A stretch of DNA of 64,000 nucleotides from a phage. The position numbers and the translations under genes are program-made. Numbering within the stretch: the stretch's first letter is position 1; every line of letters starts with the position of its first letter. The notes under the pieces were generated by a model, which was not told where the DNA came from, did no database searches, and saw nothing but the letters and a program-made list of their open reading frames with translations. The stretch lies in sequence record PZ386951.1. One strand, written 5' to 3'. Below, one piece after another: positions 29,751-40,083 of this stretch.

Positions 29751-30040
29751 TCAGTCTCCAATTTAATGTTCATAATTCTAGCGTATGATTGTGCCATCTC
29801 CGCGCCTCGTTCTATACATTCAAAATCAGAAGAGCACGGGTCATTTTTATAGGTCGTTCTCATAAAACTATAGAATTGTTCAGACGATTCTACGCTTTTA
29901 TTTTCAAAAAGCATATAAACGTGCCTAATACCAGATTCCATAAATTTATCAAAATGAGGATCGACATTCGCTTCAATCGATGGAGATAAAACAAATGACA
30001 ATCCTAGCATGGCAAATAGTGCCGTTGCTTTTAAGGCCAT
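29747..30040 (-). CDS. rI: lysis inhibition regulator RI
   Basis: 97 aa; N-terminal signal-anchor MALKATALFAMLGLSFVLSPSIEA; matches T4 RI as recalled. Confidence 0.85.
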   Translation of the reverse strand: MALKATALFAMLGLSFVLSPSIEANVDPHFDKFMESGIRHVYMLFENKSVESSEQFYSFMRTTYKNDPCSSDFECIERGAEMAQSYARIMNIKLETE

Positions 30041-30052
30041 AAAGGCCTCCTA

Positions 30053-30265
30053 TCATTTTTGCCCTGTATTTACTTTATGCCGATGCACGGCCTTAACTTT
30101 ATCAAGGTATTTTTCAAAATTTCGCAATCTAGTATAGTCTGCCGGAGATTGGTTGAGTGATACTTCTCGACGCAAAGCTGAAATGATATTTCCAACTTCC
30201 CTACGAATTTCATCTAATTGAAGAACAGTAAGATTGCGAAGTTGCTTTTCAGTTAATTGTAGCAT
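30053..30265 (-). CDS. hypothetical protein (rI.1 position)
   Basis: 70-aa ORF. Confidence 0.45.
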
Positions 30266-30307
30266 ATATACCCCTTTAGTTAGATAAACTTATTTATAAC
30301 TTTTGCA

Positions 30308-30889
30308 CTAACCGAGCTTTTTAGTTAATTCATTCCAATGTTTTCTACACAAAGAAACATAAATTTCATCACCAATACAGATTTGATTACCTTCTTTAAC
30401 GGGTGTTCCATCTTCCATTAATCGAGCTGTCATAATCGCTTTTTTTCCGCAATGACAAACTGCCTTCAGTTCAATAAGTTTATCTGCAATCGCTAAAAGT
30501 TCTTTAGAACCTTCAAATAATTTTCCGGCGAAATCAGTCCTTAATCCATAAGCCATAACAGGAACATTATATGTATCAACAATTCGGCTCAATTGATGCA
30601 CTTGTTCAGTTTTTAAAAACTGAGCTTCATCTACAAATACGCAATGAATATCTTTTTGTGCTTCAGCCCATTTATAGAACTCGAAAATATCCATATCATC
30701 TGTAATAATATTCGCTTCCTGTTTAATTCCAATGCGAGAAACAACTTCACAGACAGAATCGCGAGTATCAATAGCAGGCTTAAGAACTAATACACTCATT
30801 CCACGCTCTTTATAATTATGAGCAGCAGTCAAAAGAGAAGCAGATTTTCCAGCATTCATTGCTGCATAAGTAAAAATTAAACTCGCCAT
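30308..30889 (-). CDS. tk: thymidine kinase
   Basis: 193 aa; P-loop YAAMNAGKS and C-terminal zinc-ribbon cysteines; matches T4 Tk as recalled. Confidence 0.9.
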   Translation of the reverse strand: MASLIFTYAAMNAGKSASLLTAAHNYKERGMSVLVLKPAIDTRDSVCEVVSRIGIKQEANIITDDMDIFEFYKWAEAQKDIHCVFVDEAQFLKTEQVHQLSRIVDTYNVPVMAYGLRTDFAGKLFEGSKELLAIADKLIELKAVCHCGKKAIMTARLMEDGTPVKEGNQICIGDEIYVSLCRKHWNELTKKLG

Positions 30890-30898
30890 ATCACCTTC

Positions 30899-31105
30899 TT
30901 AAAGCGTATTCACATAAGCTATTAATTCATTTTCTTTCTTATCAAACCGATCAGCAAATTCTTCCTGCTGTTCGGGAGATAGCGGGCCGTATTCATCATA
31001 AAAGGTGTTTGCTTCTGTATGCTCATCTAGAAGTTCATGGATAAGCTCAAACAATTTATCTTTTTGTTCTTTACTCAGACTCATAACCATGTCACCTTTA
31101 AGCAA
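30899..31105 (-). CDS. hypothetical acidic protein
   Basis: 68-aa ORF. Confidence 0.4.
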   Translation of the reverse strand: MLKGDMVMSLSKEQKDKLFELIHELLDEHTEANTFYDEYGPLSPEQQEEFADRFDKKENELIAYVNTL

Positions 31106-31293
31106 TATTCTTCTACATGTTGTTTACGACCTTTCTTATCAATAAAGGTATATTCAACGAATGTTCCAATGTAGTCTTTATCTACATCATGTGGACTATT
31201 AATTGGACATTTAGTACGGCAAATGCGTTCCCATTGACGAATAATTACTGCTTTGTTTTTAGGATCAAACGGATGTGGGTAATGTACTTTCAT
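31081..31293 (-). CDS. hypothetical protein
   Basis: 70-aa ORF. Confidence 0.4.
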   Translation of the reverse strand: MKVHYPHPFDPKNKAVIIRQWERICRTKCPINSPHDVDKDYIGTFVEYTFIDKKGRKQHVEEYCLKVTWL

Positions 31294-31744
31294 AATCCAC
31301 CACTATTAAATCAATATCAGGAGTAAACATGTCGATTAATTTAGAAACCTTATCCCAATCACCGCCAGCAATACCACAACCTATGCGTGGAATGTAAATT
31401 ACCGGTTTAAACAAAAGGGTTTCTGCCTGTAGATTTAATTCTATCATGCAGTTTACTAAAGCACCATAATCAAGATTAGGACCTGGTTCGTATTGCGTAT
31501 ACAAGTTATAACATATGCCAAAACCATTAGGTTTATGTTTAAAAACAATAGACATATCGCCTAATTTATCACGAGAACCGTACTCAGTAGTGGTTTTATC
31601 TATTTCTAAAATTTTGGGATAGGCTCTTGCTAATTGACCCGCTACACCTGAACCCATAGTATGAAAACAATTGCACCCGTGCGCAATAATATTACCTTCA
31701 AGAAAGAGGGCGACAATATCGCCCTTGATATATTTTACAATCAT
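31265..31744 (-). CDS. putative macro-domain (ADP-ribose binding/processing) protein
   Basis: 159 aa; N-terminal IKGDIVALFLEGNIIAHGCNCFHTMGSGVAGQLA resembles macro-domain glycine-rich nucleotide-binding region. Confidence 0.5.
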   Translation of the reverse strand: MIVKYIKGDIVALFLEGNIIAHGCNCFHTMGSGVAGQLARAYPKILEIDKTTTEYGSRDKLGDMSIVFKHKPNGFGICYNLYTQYEPGPNLDYGALVNCMIELNLQAETLLFKPVIYIPRIGCGIAGGDWDKVSKLIDMFTPDIDLIVVDYESTLPTSV

Positions 31745-32088
31745 CTAGTACTCAATCCTCGATTATAAGAATCTACCAAACGGTCAACCATTGAATGACA
31801 AGCGGCTTTATCTTTCTCCTCCGCAACTGAACATTCTAAAGTATTCCACTTTTTAGCATATCGTTTTAATAATGTATCGTTTTTGTATCTGCTTGATTTA
31901 TCTCTTTCTCCGTCTTTATATGCATATATTAATTTCTGTGCAAATTCAGCTTGGCATGCTTTATTTTTCCCACAATAATCTGCCGCAGTGCGGTTTACAT
32001 ATTCTCTAATTTCAGTATATGATGTATCTGCTGACGCAGAAGCAGAAAATGAAATTAATCCTATACATAAAACCAAAATTTTAGTCAT
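31741..32088 (-). CDS. secreted cysteine-containing protein
   Basis: 115 aa; signal peptide MTKILVLCIGLISFSASASA; four Cys. Confidence 0.45.
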   Translation of the reverse strand: MTKILVLCIGLISFSASASADTSYTEIREYVNRTAADYCGKNKACQAEFAQKLIYAYKDGERDKSSRYKNDTLLKRYAKKWNTLECSVAEEKDKAACHSMVDRLVDSYNRGLSTR

Positions 32089-32626
32089 TTACTATTTCCA
32101 AAAGTTTATTATTTTTAAGGTAATTAGCCTTTTCTAGGACTTCAGAAGCATATTTAGAACCAGCTTTAACATTCCATCCCGAATTATAAGAGGATATTGC
32201 TTTTCTTATATCGCCCTTATGTATATTTAACCAATAAGAAAGTTCAATGTACGCCCAGGAAGCTGAATTGGATCGTTTATTCAACATTCTTTTTATTTCA
32301 GCATCGGTCATATTATAACCAAGTTCCTTAACTCTTGCTCGCATAGTAGGCAAATAATTTTGGAACATTCCATAAGCGTGATGCTTTGGTTTAGATTTTA
32401 AATTAACTCCGCCAGAGCTTTCTTGCCATAAAATAGCAGCCATTATATGACCTAATCCGCTCTTGTGGATATTTTTATGTGTTTTATATTTTCCATCCTT
32501 AGAAAACTGTTCCCCGAATTGATACGCGTAACGCATGTTATCGAGTTGGACATTACTGAAAGTATGCTCGGAGCTATGTGCCATCATTGAAATGGCCAAT
32601 AGACCAGCGAGTAGTGCTTTTCTCAT
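32081..32626 (-). CDS. putative periplasmic lytic transglycosylase (SLT domain)
   Basis: 181 aa; signal peptide; family-1 motifs WQESSG, YGMFQ, YNSGWN. Confidence 0.6.
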   Translation of the reverse strand: MRKALLAGLLAISMMAHSSEHTFSNVQLDNMRYAYQFGEQFSKDGKYKTHKNIHKSGLGHIMAAILWQESSGGVNLKSKPKHHAYGMFQNYLPTMRARVKELGYNMTDAEIKRMLNKRSNSASWAYIELSYWLNIHKGDIRKAISSYNSGWNVKAGSKYASEVLEKANYLKNNKLLEIVND

Positions 32627-32633
32627 GCTTACC

Positions 32634-33095
32634 TCATTGAGTTTTAATTACTGCTTTAGAAGCCTTTCCTGGTAAACGACGACTGTTGATAATTGCCATC
32701 CTACATTGAAGTGACGGGTTTTTGAACTTCTCATTAGGTTTACAAACCGTAAATCCAAGCCAAAGATTTCCATCTGTGATTTCTAAACGTCCAGGACGAT
32801 ATTCAACCCCATCAATAAAATCCTCGTCAATGTCAGGACGTGGAGGCATACTCAGGAATTCATTAACTTCTAAAACATGGTCTTTTATTTTATGGAATAA
32901 TTCAAAAACATATGTCTCATCAATCTCCCGTTGAATTGCACGATCAAGAAGATGCTGAGAATATTTTAGATGAAACGATGAGACCCCTGCTGCTTTTGAT
33001 GCCTCACGAATCTCATTGTTAATTTGACGAAACTCCGACTCAAAGTGACGACGGAGCTTATTTCGACGGATAAAAACTTCTGTGTTGATAGTCAT
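32634..33095 (-). CDS. regB: endoribonuclease RegB
   Basis: 153 aa MTINTEVFIRRNKLRRHFESEF...; matches T4 RegB as recalled. Confidence 0.88.
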   Translation of the reverse strand: MTINTEVFIRRNKLRRHFESEFRQINNEIREASKAAGVSSFHLKYSQHLLDRAIQREIDETYVFELFHKIKDHVLEVNEFLSMPPRPDIDEDFIDGVEYRPGRLEITDGNLWLGFTVCKPNEKFKNPSLQCRMAIINSRRLPGKASKAVIKTQ

Positions 33096-33112
33096 GTTAT
33101 TCTCCTCTTAAC

Positions 33113-33142
33113 TGATAGAAAAATTATACCACAGTCAAGAGG
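33113..33142 (-). promoter_or_regulatory. sigma70-type early promoter upstream of regB
   Basis: On minus strand GTTTAC, 18-nt spacer, TATAAT. Confidence 0.55.
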
Positions 33143-33154
33143 AAAAGTAAACAG

Positions 33155-33433
33155 TTATTCTTTAAATCTGATTAATTTATTCATAGACTTTGAAACTTCT
33201 GCACGAACCTCATGTAGATTTTTGAGCTGTTCAAGACGCTGCGCATAGTAAGCAATTTCATCTTCTTCGAGACAGTCCTGTGAATCTTCTTTAAGATAAC
33301 GTGCATAGTCCTGAAAAGCGTTACGAACTACTTCCTGGAAATCATCAAGACTTTGAATTTTCTTAGGAGTAACAGATATGCGGCGGTCTGCTGTAAAATA
33401 ATGAGTCCCAAAACCTGATAAAATTTGAGCCAT
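33155..33433 (-). CDS. hypothetical protein (vs.3 position)
   Basis: Start taken at MAQILSGFG (92 aa) so that it abuts the upstream stop (TAATG). Confidence 0.4.
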   Translation of the reverse strand: MAQILSGFGTHYFTADRRISVTPKKIQSLDDFQEVVRNAFQDYARYLKEDSQDCLEEDEIAYYAQRLEQLKNLHEVRAEVSKSMNKLIRFKE

Positions 33434-33699
33434 TAGTATTTTTCCTCTGGTTGAAACACTGCACGACAAGCCCACATACTTGCTTCTTTGAGTTTCGTTT
33501 TAGCAATAGTTAACTGATCGAGGCTTTCAGCATAATTCTTCGCGAATTCACAGTCTTCACAATTATCTAGTGCTTCCCAGAATTCATCATACAAAGCATC
33601 AAAGATAAGTCCTAAACGAACTTCAGCGTCTTTGATAGCATTCACTTTACCGATTTTCTCTTTAGTATGTGGTTTATAACCCTTAATATCTTCAATCAT
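33433..33699 (-). CDS. hypothetical protein (vs.4 position)
   Basis: Start taken at [11 protein letters not shown] (88 aa). Confidence 0.4.
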   Translation of the reverse strand: MIEDIKGYKPHTKEKIGKVNAIKDAEVRLGLIFDALYDEFWEALDNCEDCEFAKNYAESLDQLTIAKTKLKEASMWACRAVFQPEEKY

Positions 33700-33913
33700 A
33701 TTTGACTTCCTCACCAGTACATAAATCATATTCAACTAAACGAATAGGTTCATGAATGCCATATCCCTGAACAGAAATTTCTGTCGTAGGATAAATTCCA
33801 CTAATATCACCCATGTTCCATGCTTCATTAAATTGCTGTTCGCCTGAATTACTAAACCATTCGGCGAAAGCATTTAGCACATCTTCAGAACCTTCAATAA
33901 TTATCTTTGCCAT
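33692..33913 (-). CDS. hypothetical protein
   Basis: 73-aa ORF. Confidence 0.4.
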   Translation of the reverse strand: MAKIIIEGSEDVLNAFAEWFSNSGEQQFNEAWNMGDISGIYPTTEISVQGYGIHEPIRLVEYDLCTGEEVKYD

Positions 33914-34275
33914 TACAAACTCTCGGTAAAGGTACGAGCGATAACGTCGCGCTGCTGTTCCGGAGTCAGAGAGTTAAAGCGAACTGCATAACCGGATACA
34001 CGGATGGTCAGTTGCGGATATTTTTCCGGATGCTTAACTGCATCTTCCAGAGTTTCACGACGCAGAACGTTAACGTTCAGGTGTTGACCACCTTCAATTT
34101 TAACTGTAGGCTGTTGCTCAATTTCAATTTCACGGGCATGCAAACCATAGAAAATTTCTGGGTCTACAAAAGAGTCCTCTTTAAAGGTTTTAGAGACAAT
34201 AATTCGTGCTTGAATACCATCTTCAAAATAAATAGTACCTTTATGTGTGCCTTCAAGAATTTGATATGCTTTCAT
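33913..34275 (-). CDS. autonomous glycyl-radical cofactor (GrcA/YfiD-like)
   Basis: 120 aa; C-terminal half [33 protein letters not shown] carries the glycyl-radical signature RVSGY. Confidence 0.8.
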   Translation of the reverse strand: MKAYQILEGTHKGTIYFEDGIQARIIVSKTFKEDSFVDPEIFYGLHAREIEIEQQPTVKIEGGQHLNVNVLRRETLEDAVKHPEKYPQLTIRVSGYAVRFNSLTPEQQRDVIARTFTESL

Positions 34276-34282
34276 ATAAACC

Positions 34283-34663
34283 TCAATTAGAAAATAAATT
34301 TATCCAAGATTGTTCTTTAATTAAAAATGGCTCAGAATCATATGCCATTAAACTTTGCGTAATTAGTCCTTTTAAAGGACCATCAATAAATTCCATGGTA
34401 AAATATGGAATTTTATTCATTAGCCGTGCATTAGGAGCAGTACACAAAACTCTGCATCCTTTGAATACGCCTTTTTGTAATTTGTATTGCTTAGGATAAA
34501 ATTCGCTCAAAATGTTGTTATTTGCCAAAATTTCAAAATGATTCACCAATTTATTTTTAATAGTTTTTGGCGAAAAATAAAGATATTCGAAAAGCTGAGT
34601 GTCTGTCATCATTGCATTCCGATTACGAAAAACTGTGGACGAGTAATACCACCAATACAACAT
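34283..34663 (-). CDS. hypothetical protein
   Basis: 126-aa ORF. Confidence 0.4.
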   Translation of the reverse strand: MLYWWYYSSTVFRNRNAMMTDTQLFEYLYFSPKTIKNKLVNHFEILANNNILSEFYPKQYKLQKGVFKGCRVLCTAPNARLMNKIPYFTMEFIDGPLKGLITQSLMAYDSEPFLIKEQSWINLFSN

Positions 34664-35148
34664 TTACTATTACAGCAGTACTGCACAGTGTCAATATGGG
34701 CACTATAAATCTTATCCATATCAGGAGATTTGACAGGCTCATCAATTATATACAAAATTCGCGAAAGCGATAAACCTCTGAACTTGCTTCCTTTATTACC
34801 GATAAAACTGCGCACAGAATCAGTAAATAAGCGGAATCGAATATCATCATTAGAATAACGCGAAAATTCCTTTTTAATGTTATTTGCAGAAATTTTAGCG
34901 TAAGCTGAAGTATTAGAAAGAACAATAACTGTTCCGCCGTCATACAACCAATTAGCGGCAAAATTAGTTACTGCAGTTGATTTACCGGATTGACGTCCAC
35001 CATCTAGTCGAAGTGTGCAATACTGCTTAAGTAAGTCTTCAAATGGTGGGATATAATCGTTTTTACAAATTTCTTCTACTCTAGCATCAGAATGGTGTGT
35101 AAAAGCATTCATCAGGGATAGATAAGGACCAGTTAAAAATGTTCTCAT
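34609..35148 (-). CDS. small P-loop NTPase-like protein
   Basis: Start taken at MRTFLTGPY; Walker A GGRQSGKST and Walker B-like ILYIIDEP. Confidence 0.45.
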   Translation of the reverse strand: MRTFLTGPYLSLMNAFTHHSDARVEEICKNDYIPPFEDLLKQYCTLRLDGGRQSGKSTAVTNFAANWLYDGGTVIVLSNTSAYAKISANNIKKEFSRYSNDDIRFRLFTDSVRSFIGNKGSKFRGLSLSRILYIIDEPVKSPDMDKIYSAHIDTVQYCCNSKCCIGGITRPQFFVIGMQ

Positions 35149-35301
35149 TTTATTCTCTCTAAATTTGGGCCATTCCGTGGCGCATGAATTGTCCATTTCT
35201 GTATTTACCCATTACCGCACTTGGGCTCGACCTTATTACAGGTTGGCGGGAATCCCTCATAGAATCATGAGGTCCAGGTTGTTCCCATATTTCTTATTTG
35301 C

Positions 35302-35775
35302 TTATTTGAACGATTTAACGTACTGAATAGAACCTTTACTATTCACGAAAGCGATTTTACCATTTTTATTATACATGGTAGCAGTACGCTGATAACCATA
35401 AGTTTGCTTACCAGATTGATAACCAACTAATGCAAAATTATCTTCACCCATTTTATTCTGTTTAGCACGAATGCGTTCATGACCATGTGCCATAAGAACC
35501 TTAGCATCACCAGTTGCAATGGATCGACGAGTTTTTTCATCTTCAACTGTATTAACAAAATCGTCAAATGAATCAAATTTAGCGTGAGATTTATTATACA
35601 GTTTTCCATCTACTGCATAATTATATCCCTGTACATCCATCTCAACTTCTGTACCATCATCCAGTACAGCAGTGATTTTTTGACCTTTTTTAAATTTCAA
35701 AAGATCAGTAAAAGATTCAGCAATAATTTGAGATTTAATAGCTGCTTCAGTGATAAATTCTTGATATGTTTTCAT
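35302..35775 (-). CDS. internal-protein-like protein with capsid targeting sequence
   Basis: 157 aa; N-terminus MKTYQEFITE followed by AA matches the T4 internal-protein targeting sequence and prohead-protease site. Confidence 0.55.
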   Translation of the reverse strand: MKTYQEFITEAAIKSQIIAESFTDLLKFKKGQKITAVLDDGTEVEMDVQGYNYAVDGKLYNKSHAKFDSFDDFVNTVEDEKTRRSIATGDAKVLMAHGHERIRAKQNKMGEDNFALVGYQSGKQTYGYQRTATMYNKNGKIAFVNSKGSIQYVKSFK

Positions 35776-35784
35776 ATGTTTCCT

Positions 35785-36201
35785 TTAAATGTAAATATTT
35801 TTGCCGTAATACTTATACCAGTGCGGCTTCATTAAAATTTTTTCATCGAGTCGTTGTTGACTCAACCTAATAGCTGATTTGCATGGATTATAATCATTTT
35901 TCCATTCTACTGGAATATCACTGATGTCAGGAACTTCAGTATCTTTTATACTAAACCTGCGTTTTAAGCATTCCGTTATAATGTCTGATTGACGCTTTCG
36001 CAAAAATTCTAACTTATCGTAAAAGAACGTAACATGACCAGAACCTAAAATAAACTCGGAAGATATTTTAAAATCTTTAACCCGTTTACCATTTGCCACG
36101 TGTTTACGAATTATACCAAAAACACGTGGCAATTCACGGTATTCCGCGATTAAATGTTGATCAGCAAGTTCAGATACTAAAGTCAAATTAATACGAGTCA
36201 T
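35785..36201 (-). CDS. denV: endonuclease V (pyrimidine-dimer DNA glycosylase)
   Basis: 138 aa [29 protein letters not shown]...; matches T4 DenV as recalled. Confidence 0.9.
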   Translation of the reverse strand: MTRINLTLVSELADQHLIAEYRELPRVFGIIRKHVANGKRVKDFKISSEFILGSGHVTFFYDKLEFLRKRQSDIITECLKRRFSIKDTEVPDISDIPVEWKNDYNPCKSAIRLSQQRLDEKILMKPHWYKYYGKNIYI

Positions 36202-36226
36202 TTTACCCCTCCAAGTAATTATGAAT

Positions 36227-36256
36227 ATACTATCACAATTCTAGGAGAAAGTAAAC
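36227..36256 (-). promoter_or_regulatory. sigma70-type early promoter upstream of denV
   Basis: On minus strand GTTTAC, 18-nt spacer, TAGTAT. Confidence 0.5.
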
Positions 36257-36258
36257 TG

Positions 36259-36561
36259 TTATTTACCTTTAATTACTTTAGCTGCTTCGATAGCCGCTTG
36301 CTGAAGGTCATCCATAGACATACCGAATTTAGAAGCAAAGTTATCAATTTTCTTTTCGACAGCATTCAAAGGCTTGGCCTGTTTACCTTCATTAGCGCCA
36401 GGAAGAGCGAGAATACGCTCTTTGTCAATATAAAGGCTTACAAGTTTCTTACGGTCTTTATCGGACAAATCATGAAATGAATGGGCCTTTTTATTTATAG
36501 CGGCTTCTAATTTACCTGCACTCACTCGCGCTTCAGTAATAAATTCTTGATATGTTTTCAT
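36259..36561 (-). CDS. ipII: internal protein II
   Basis: 100 aa; MKTYQEFITE targeting sequence; T4 position and size. Confidence 0.85.
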   Translation of the reverse strand: MKTYQEFITEARVSAGKLEAAINKKAHSFHDLSDKDRKKLVSLYIDKERILALPGANEGKQAKPLNAVEKKIDNFASKFGMSMDDLQQAAIEAAKVIKGK

Positions 36562-36602
36562 ATGTTTCCTTTAAATGTAAATAGGTCTGAGTATTAGCTT
36601 TA

Positions 36603-37181
36603 TTAGGAATTACGGGCTGCATTAGCAACGGCATACGCGTACTGAACATTAGCGTCTTTAAACGTACCTTTAGAGGTATCTATTTCTGCCTTAAAGCCGC
36701 CTTTAGTCATAACATCGGCAAATTCTTTACGGAAAGCCATTGCATCAAGACCTTTCCATGATGATTTATGCTTGGCGAATTCAAGACCAGCGTAGTTGAC
36801 AGCCTTAGCTAATTTATTATCAATAACCCATTTACCAGCTTTAGGCACAAACTTCGGGCCTTTCTGTTTAGAGAACAGTTTTAAATTCCAGCGGCGAAGG
36901 TCACTGTCGGCTTTAACAAAAGCTGCGTCTAAGTTACTAGCAACAACATCTTCAATATGAGCAAATTTAAGTCCGTCAACTTCAATATTTAGATCGGTAC
37001 GCCAGCGAAGTCCTTCCCAAGCGAAGGCTTTAAAGTCGGAAGCCTTTGTAGCTAAGTACCGTTCAATAGGAGCTGTTTTAGGGTCAAAGCCGTTTCCTGA
37101 TCGGTAGGTCCACTCATCTTTGTTAATGCCTTTGGCCTTTACTACAGAAACTTCGGCAATAAATTCTTGATATGTTTTCAT
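36603..37181 (-). CDS. ipIII: internal protein III
   Basis: 192 aa; MKTYQEFIAE targeting sequence; T4 position. Confidence 0.85.
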   Translation of the reverse strand: MKTYQEFIAEVSVVKAKGINKDEWTYRSGNGFDPKTAPIERYLATKASDFKAFAWEGLRWRTDLNIEVDGLKFAHIEDVVASNLDAAFVKADSDLRRWNLKLFSKQKGPKFVPKAGKWVIDNKLAKAVNYAGLEFAKHKSSWKGLDAMAFRKEFADVMTKGGFKAEIDTSKGTFKDANVQYAYAVANAARNS

Positions 37182-37240
37182 ATGTTTCCTTTAAATGTAA
37201 ATATTTTAATTAGTAATTGTCTATTCAAGTAATTGTGAAT

Positions 37241-37270
37241 ATACTATCACAATTCCAAGAGAAAGTAAAC
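37241..37270 (-). promoter_or_regulatory. sigma70-type early promoter upstream of ipIII
   Basis: On minus strand GTTTAC, 18-nt spacer, TAGTAT; same cassette as 36227-36256. Confidence 0.5.
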
Positions 37271-37274
37271 AACT

Positions 37275-38243
<969 letters not shown>

Positions 38244-38262
<19 letters not shown>

Positions 38263-38732
38263 TCAGTGATAAAGTTATTTAAATTTTGAGTATATTTCTT
38301 TTCATCAAAAATCTTTTGTTGTCTGCGTAAACGCCATGGCATTTCAATGAACACGCACCATATCCCAGATAATATTGCTGCTGTAAAAATATTAACAAGT
38401 ATGGTTAAAAGAATCCAATCTCCTATTCTGTCCATTGGATTTTTTATAAAAAAGTAAAATACGAATGATGTCACAGGAAGACTAATAATATACCACAGAA
38501 TCATAATTTTATCTGTGAACCAATCAGCGTTCGTTAACTTAGCGCGACCATTATGAATACACACGAATTTATCATCTGTTATAATAGATGGCTTAGCTGC
38601 TTGATATCCCATTCTAAACTCCCTAATCAACAAATTTTTCATATCTTCGGAACAACCATTCCAGTCAACTCTATCAACTGGAATGCCATCATCCCCATCA
38701 TCTAAATCGTACCAGCGAGTTTTTAAAATCAT
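38244..38732 (-). CDS. membrane protein
   Basis: 162 aa with two hydrophobic helices in the C-terminal half. Confidence 0.45.
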
Positions 38733-39091
38733 TTAATTTTCCTACAATCACTCACAAACTCTTCCATTGATTCTTTTTCAATATAAGACATGTAGCTATT
38801 ATATTCTTTTAATTGTATTTTGTAATCTTTTTTTCTTTGCCAATTTATTTTAAAATTATCATAATGAAAATATAACATGGTACCAAAGAATGAAAATAAT
38901 GAAATAATTTTAGTATAGTGAAGTTCACTCCAAACTTCTATTATATTTACTGTGCCGTCAATGTTTAAAATAAGACAGTCAATTAACAATCCAAAAAGAC
39001 TACCCGCAAGAGCTGCAGCCAACGCCACAGCAAAAATTAAAAATGACTCAGGAAGCGAATATTTGACTTTATTTAGTTTTGGCTTTTGCAT
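38729..39091 (-). CDS. membrane protein
   Basis: 120 aa with two TM helices. Confidence 0.45.
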   Translation of the reverse strand: MQKPKLNKVKYSLPESFLIFAVALAAALAGSLFGLLIDCLILNIDGTVNIIEVWSELHYTKIISLFSFFGTMLYFHYDNFKINWQRKKDYKIQLKEYNSYMSYIEKESMEEFVSDCRKIK

Positions 39092-39486
39092 CGTGATTCC
39101 TTAACAAATTTCATAATTTCATCAAATTCATACGCAGCAAGTTTAAGCTGGTGTTCCTTTTTAATCTTTTCACACTGTGCTTTCCAATCACGTACGCGTT
39201 TACGATAATGTCTTCCTTGATACCAGTATCCTACCCAATTTACAGGTACTAACAAAAGTGGAACTATTAATGGAAGAATTAGCATTAATACCAGTATTTC
39301 GCCAGAATCAATATCAGTCATAACATCTAAAACACCTCCAATAATCAATAGAATTACAAATGATATGAGTATAACAGGACCTATTAATACATCAGTAGAA
39401 ATTATCTGACGCTTTAATTCATACTTTAAGGGTTTACTTGGAAGATACATTGATGGCTTTGACATATTCTCTACATTCCTTAACAA
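39073..39486 (-). CDS. membrane protein
   Basis: 137 aa with two TM helices. Confidence 0.45.
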   Translation of the reverse strand: MLRNVENMSKPSMYLPSKPLKYELKRQIISTDVLIGPVILISFVILLIIGGVLDVMTDIDSGEILVLMLILPLIVPLLLVPVNWVGYWYQGRHYRKRVRDWKAQCEKIKKEHQLKLAAYEFDEIMKFVKESRCKSQN

Positions 39487-40042
39487 ATTTTTCTAGTAAT
39501 AAATCACTTTCAAAATTAGGATTTTCCACTAATTTATCAAAAAGATCATCAACAATATTCAAGATATTTCTTTTACTAAGAATACGTTTATTTTCATGCT
39601 TCGTTTCAGAATCAACTATAAGAGTAAAGAAATATTTCTTTCCCTGAAATTTTACTGTAGTATCAATATAGAATAAATTTGACTTTTGTAAGTTACGTTT
39701 AAACCATGCGTCACTTAAACTATAAACACCGAGATAATCAAAATCGTCGTTTAAATAACATACTGTCCATTCAGGAGAAATGAAATCAGTAAATTCAACA
39801 TCAAAATCACACGTCAATGAATGAATTGATTCAATGCTGTTAATAAGTATTCCAGGACGTATTAAAGACTTTTTACCTCTAGAAAATCTTCCAGAAAGAC
39901 TTTCATCAGTTTCATATGAAGAACCCCAATAATAATTACGTCCTTCTGCCATACGTTTAAGAGCATTTAATAATTGGTCTGGAACATCAACATGTCTTTG
40001 GAACTCTTCAAACATTGAATTGAAATCACTTTGCATTTTCAC
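39434..40042 (-). CDS. hypothetical protein
   Basis: 202-aa ORF. Confidence 0.45.
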   Translation of the reverse strand: MKMQSDFNSMFEEFQRHVDVPDQLLNALKRMAEGRNYYWGSSYETDESLSGRFSRGKKSLIRPGILINSIESIHSLTCDFDVEFTDFISPEWTVCYLNDDFDYLGVYSLSDAWFKRNLQKSNLFYIDTTVKFQGKKYFFTLIVDSETKHENKRILSKRNILNIVDDLFDKLVENPNFESDLLLEKFVKECREYVKAINVSSK

Positions 40043-40062
40043 TCCTATTTACTCCAAGTAAT

Positions 40063-40078
40063 AGGGGCCGAAGCCCCT
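40063..40078 (-). promoter_or_regulatory. GC stem-loop (UUCG loop)
   Basis: aggggc cgaa gcccct inverted repeat. Confidence 0.45.
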
Positions 40079-40083
40079 TATCA

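Noticed and set aside
31741-32088. Assigning the 115-aa ORF as the valyl-tRNA synthetase modifier Vs
   Set aside because: The protein has a clear N-terminal signal peptide, which does not fit a cytoplasmic synthetase-binding factor; position-based naming in the tk-regB interval is unreliable without alignment.
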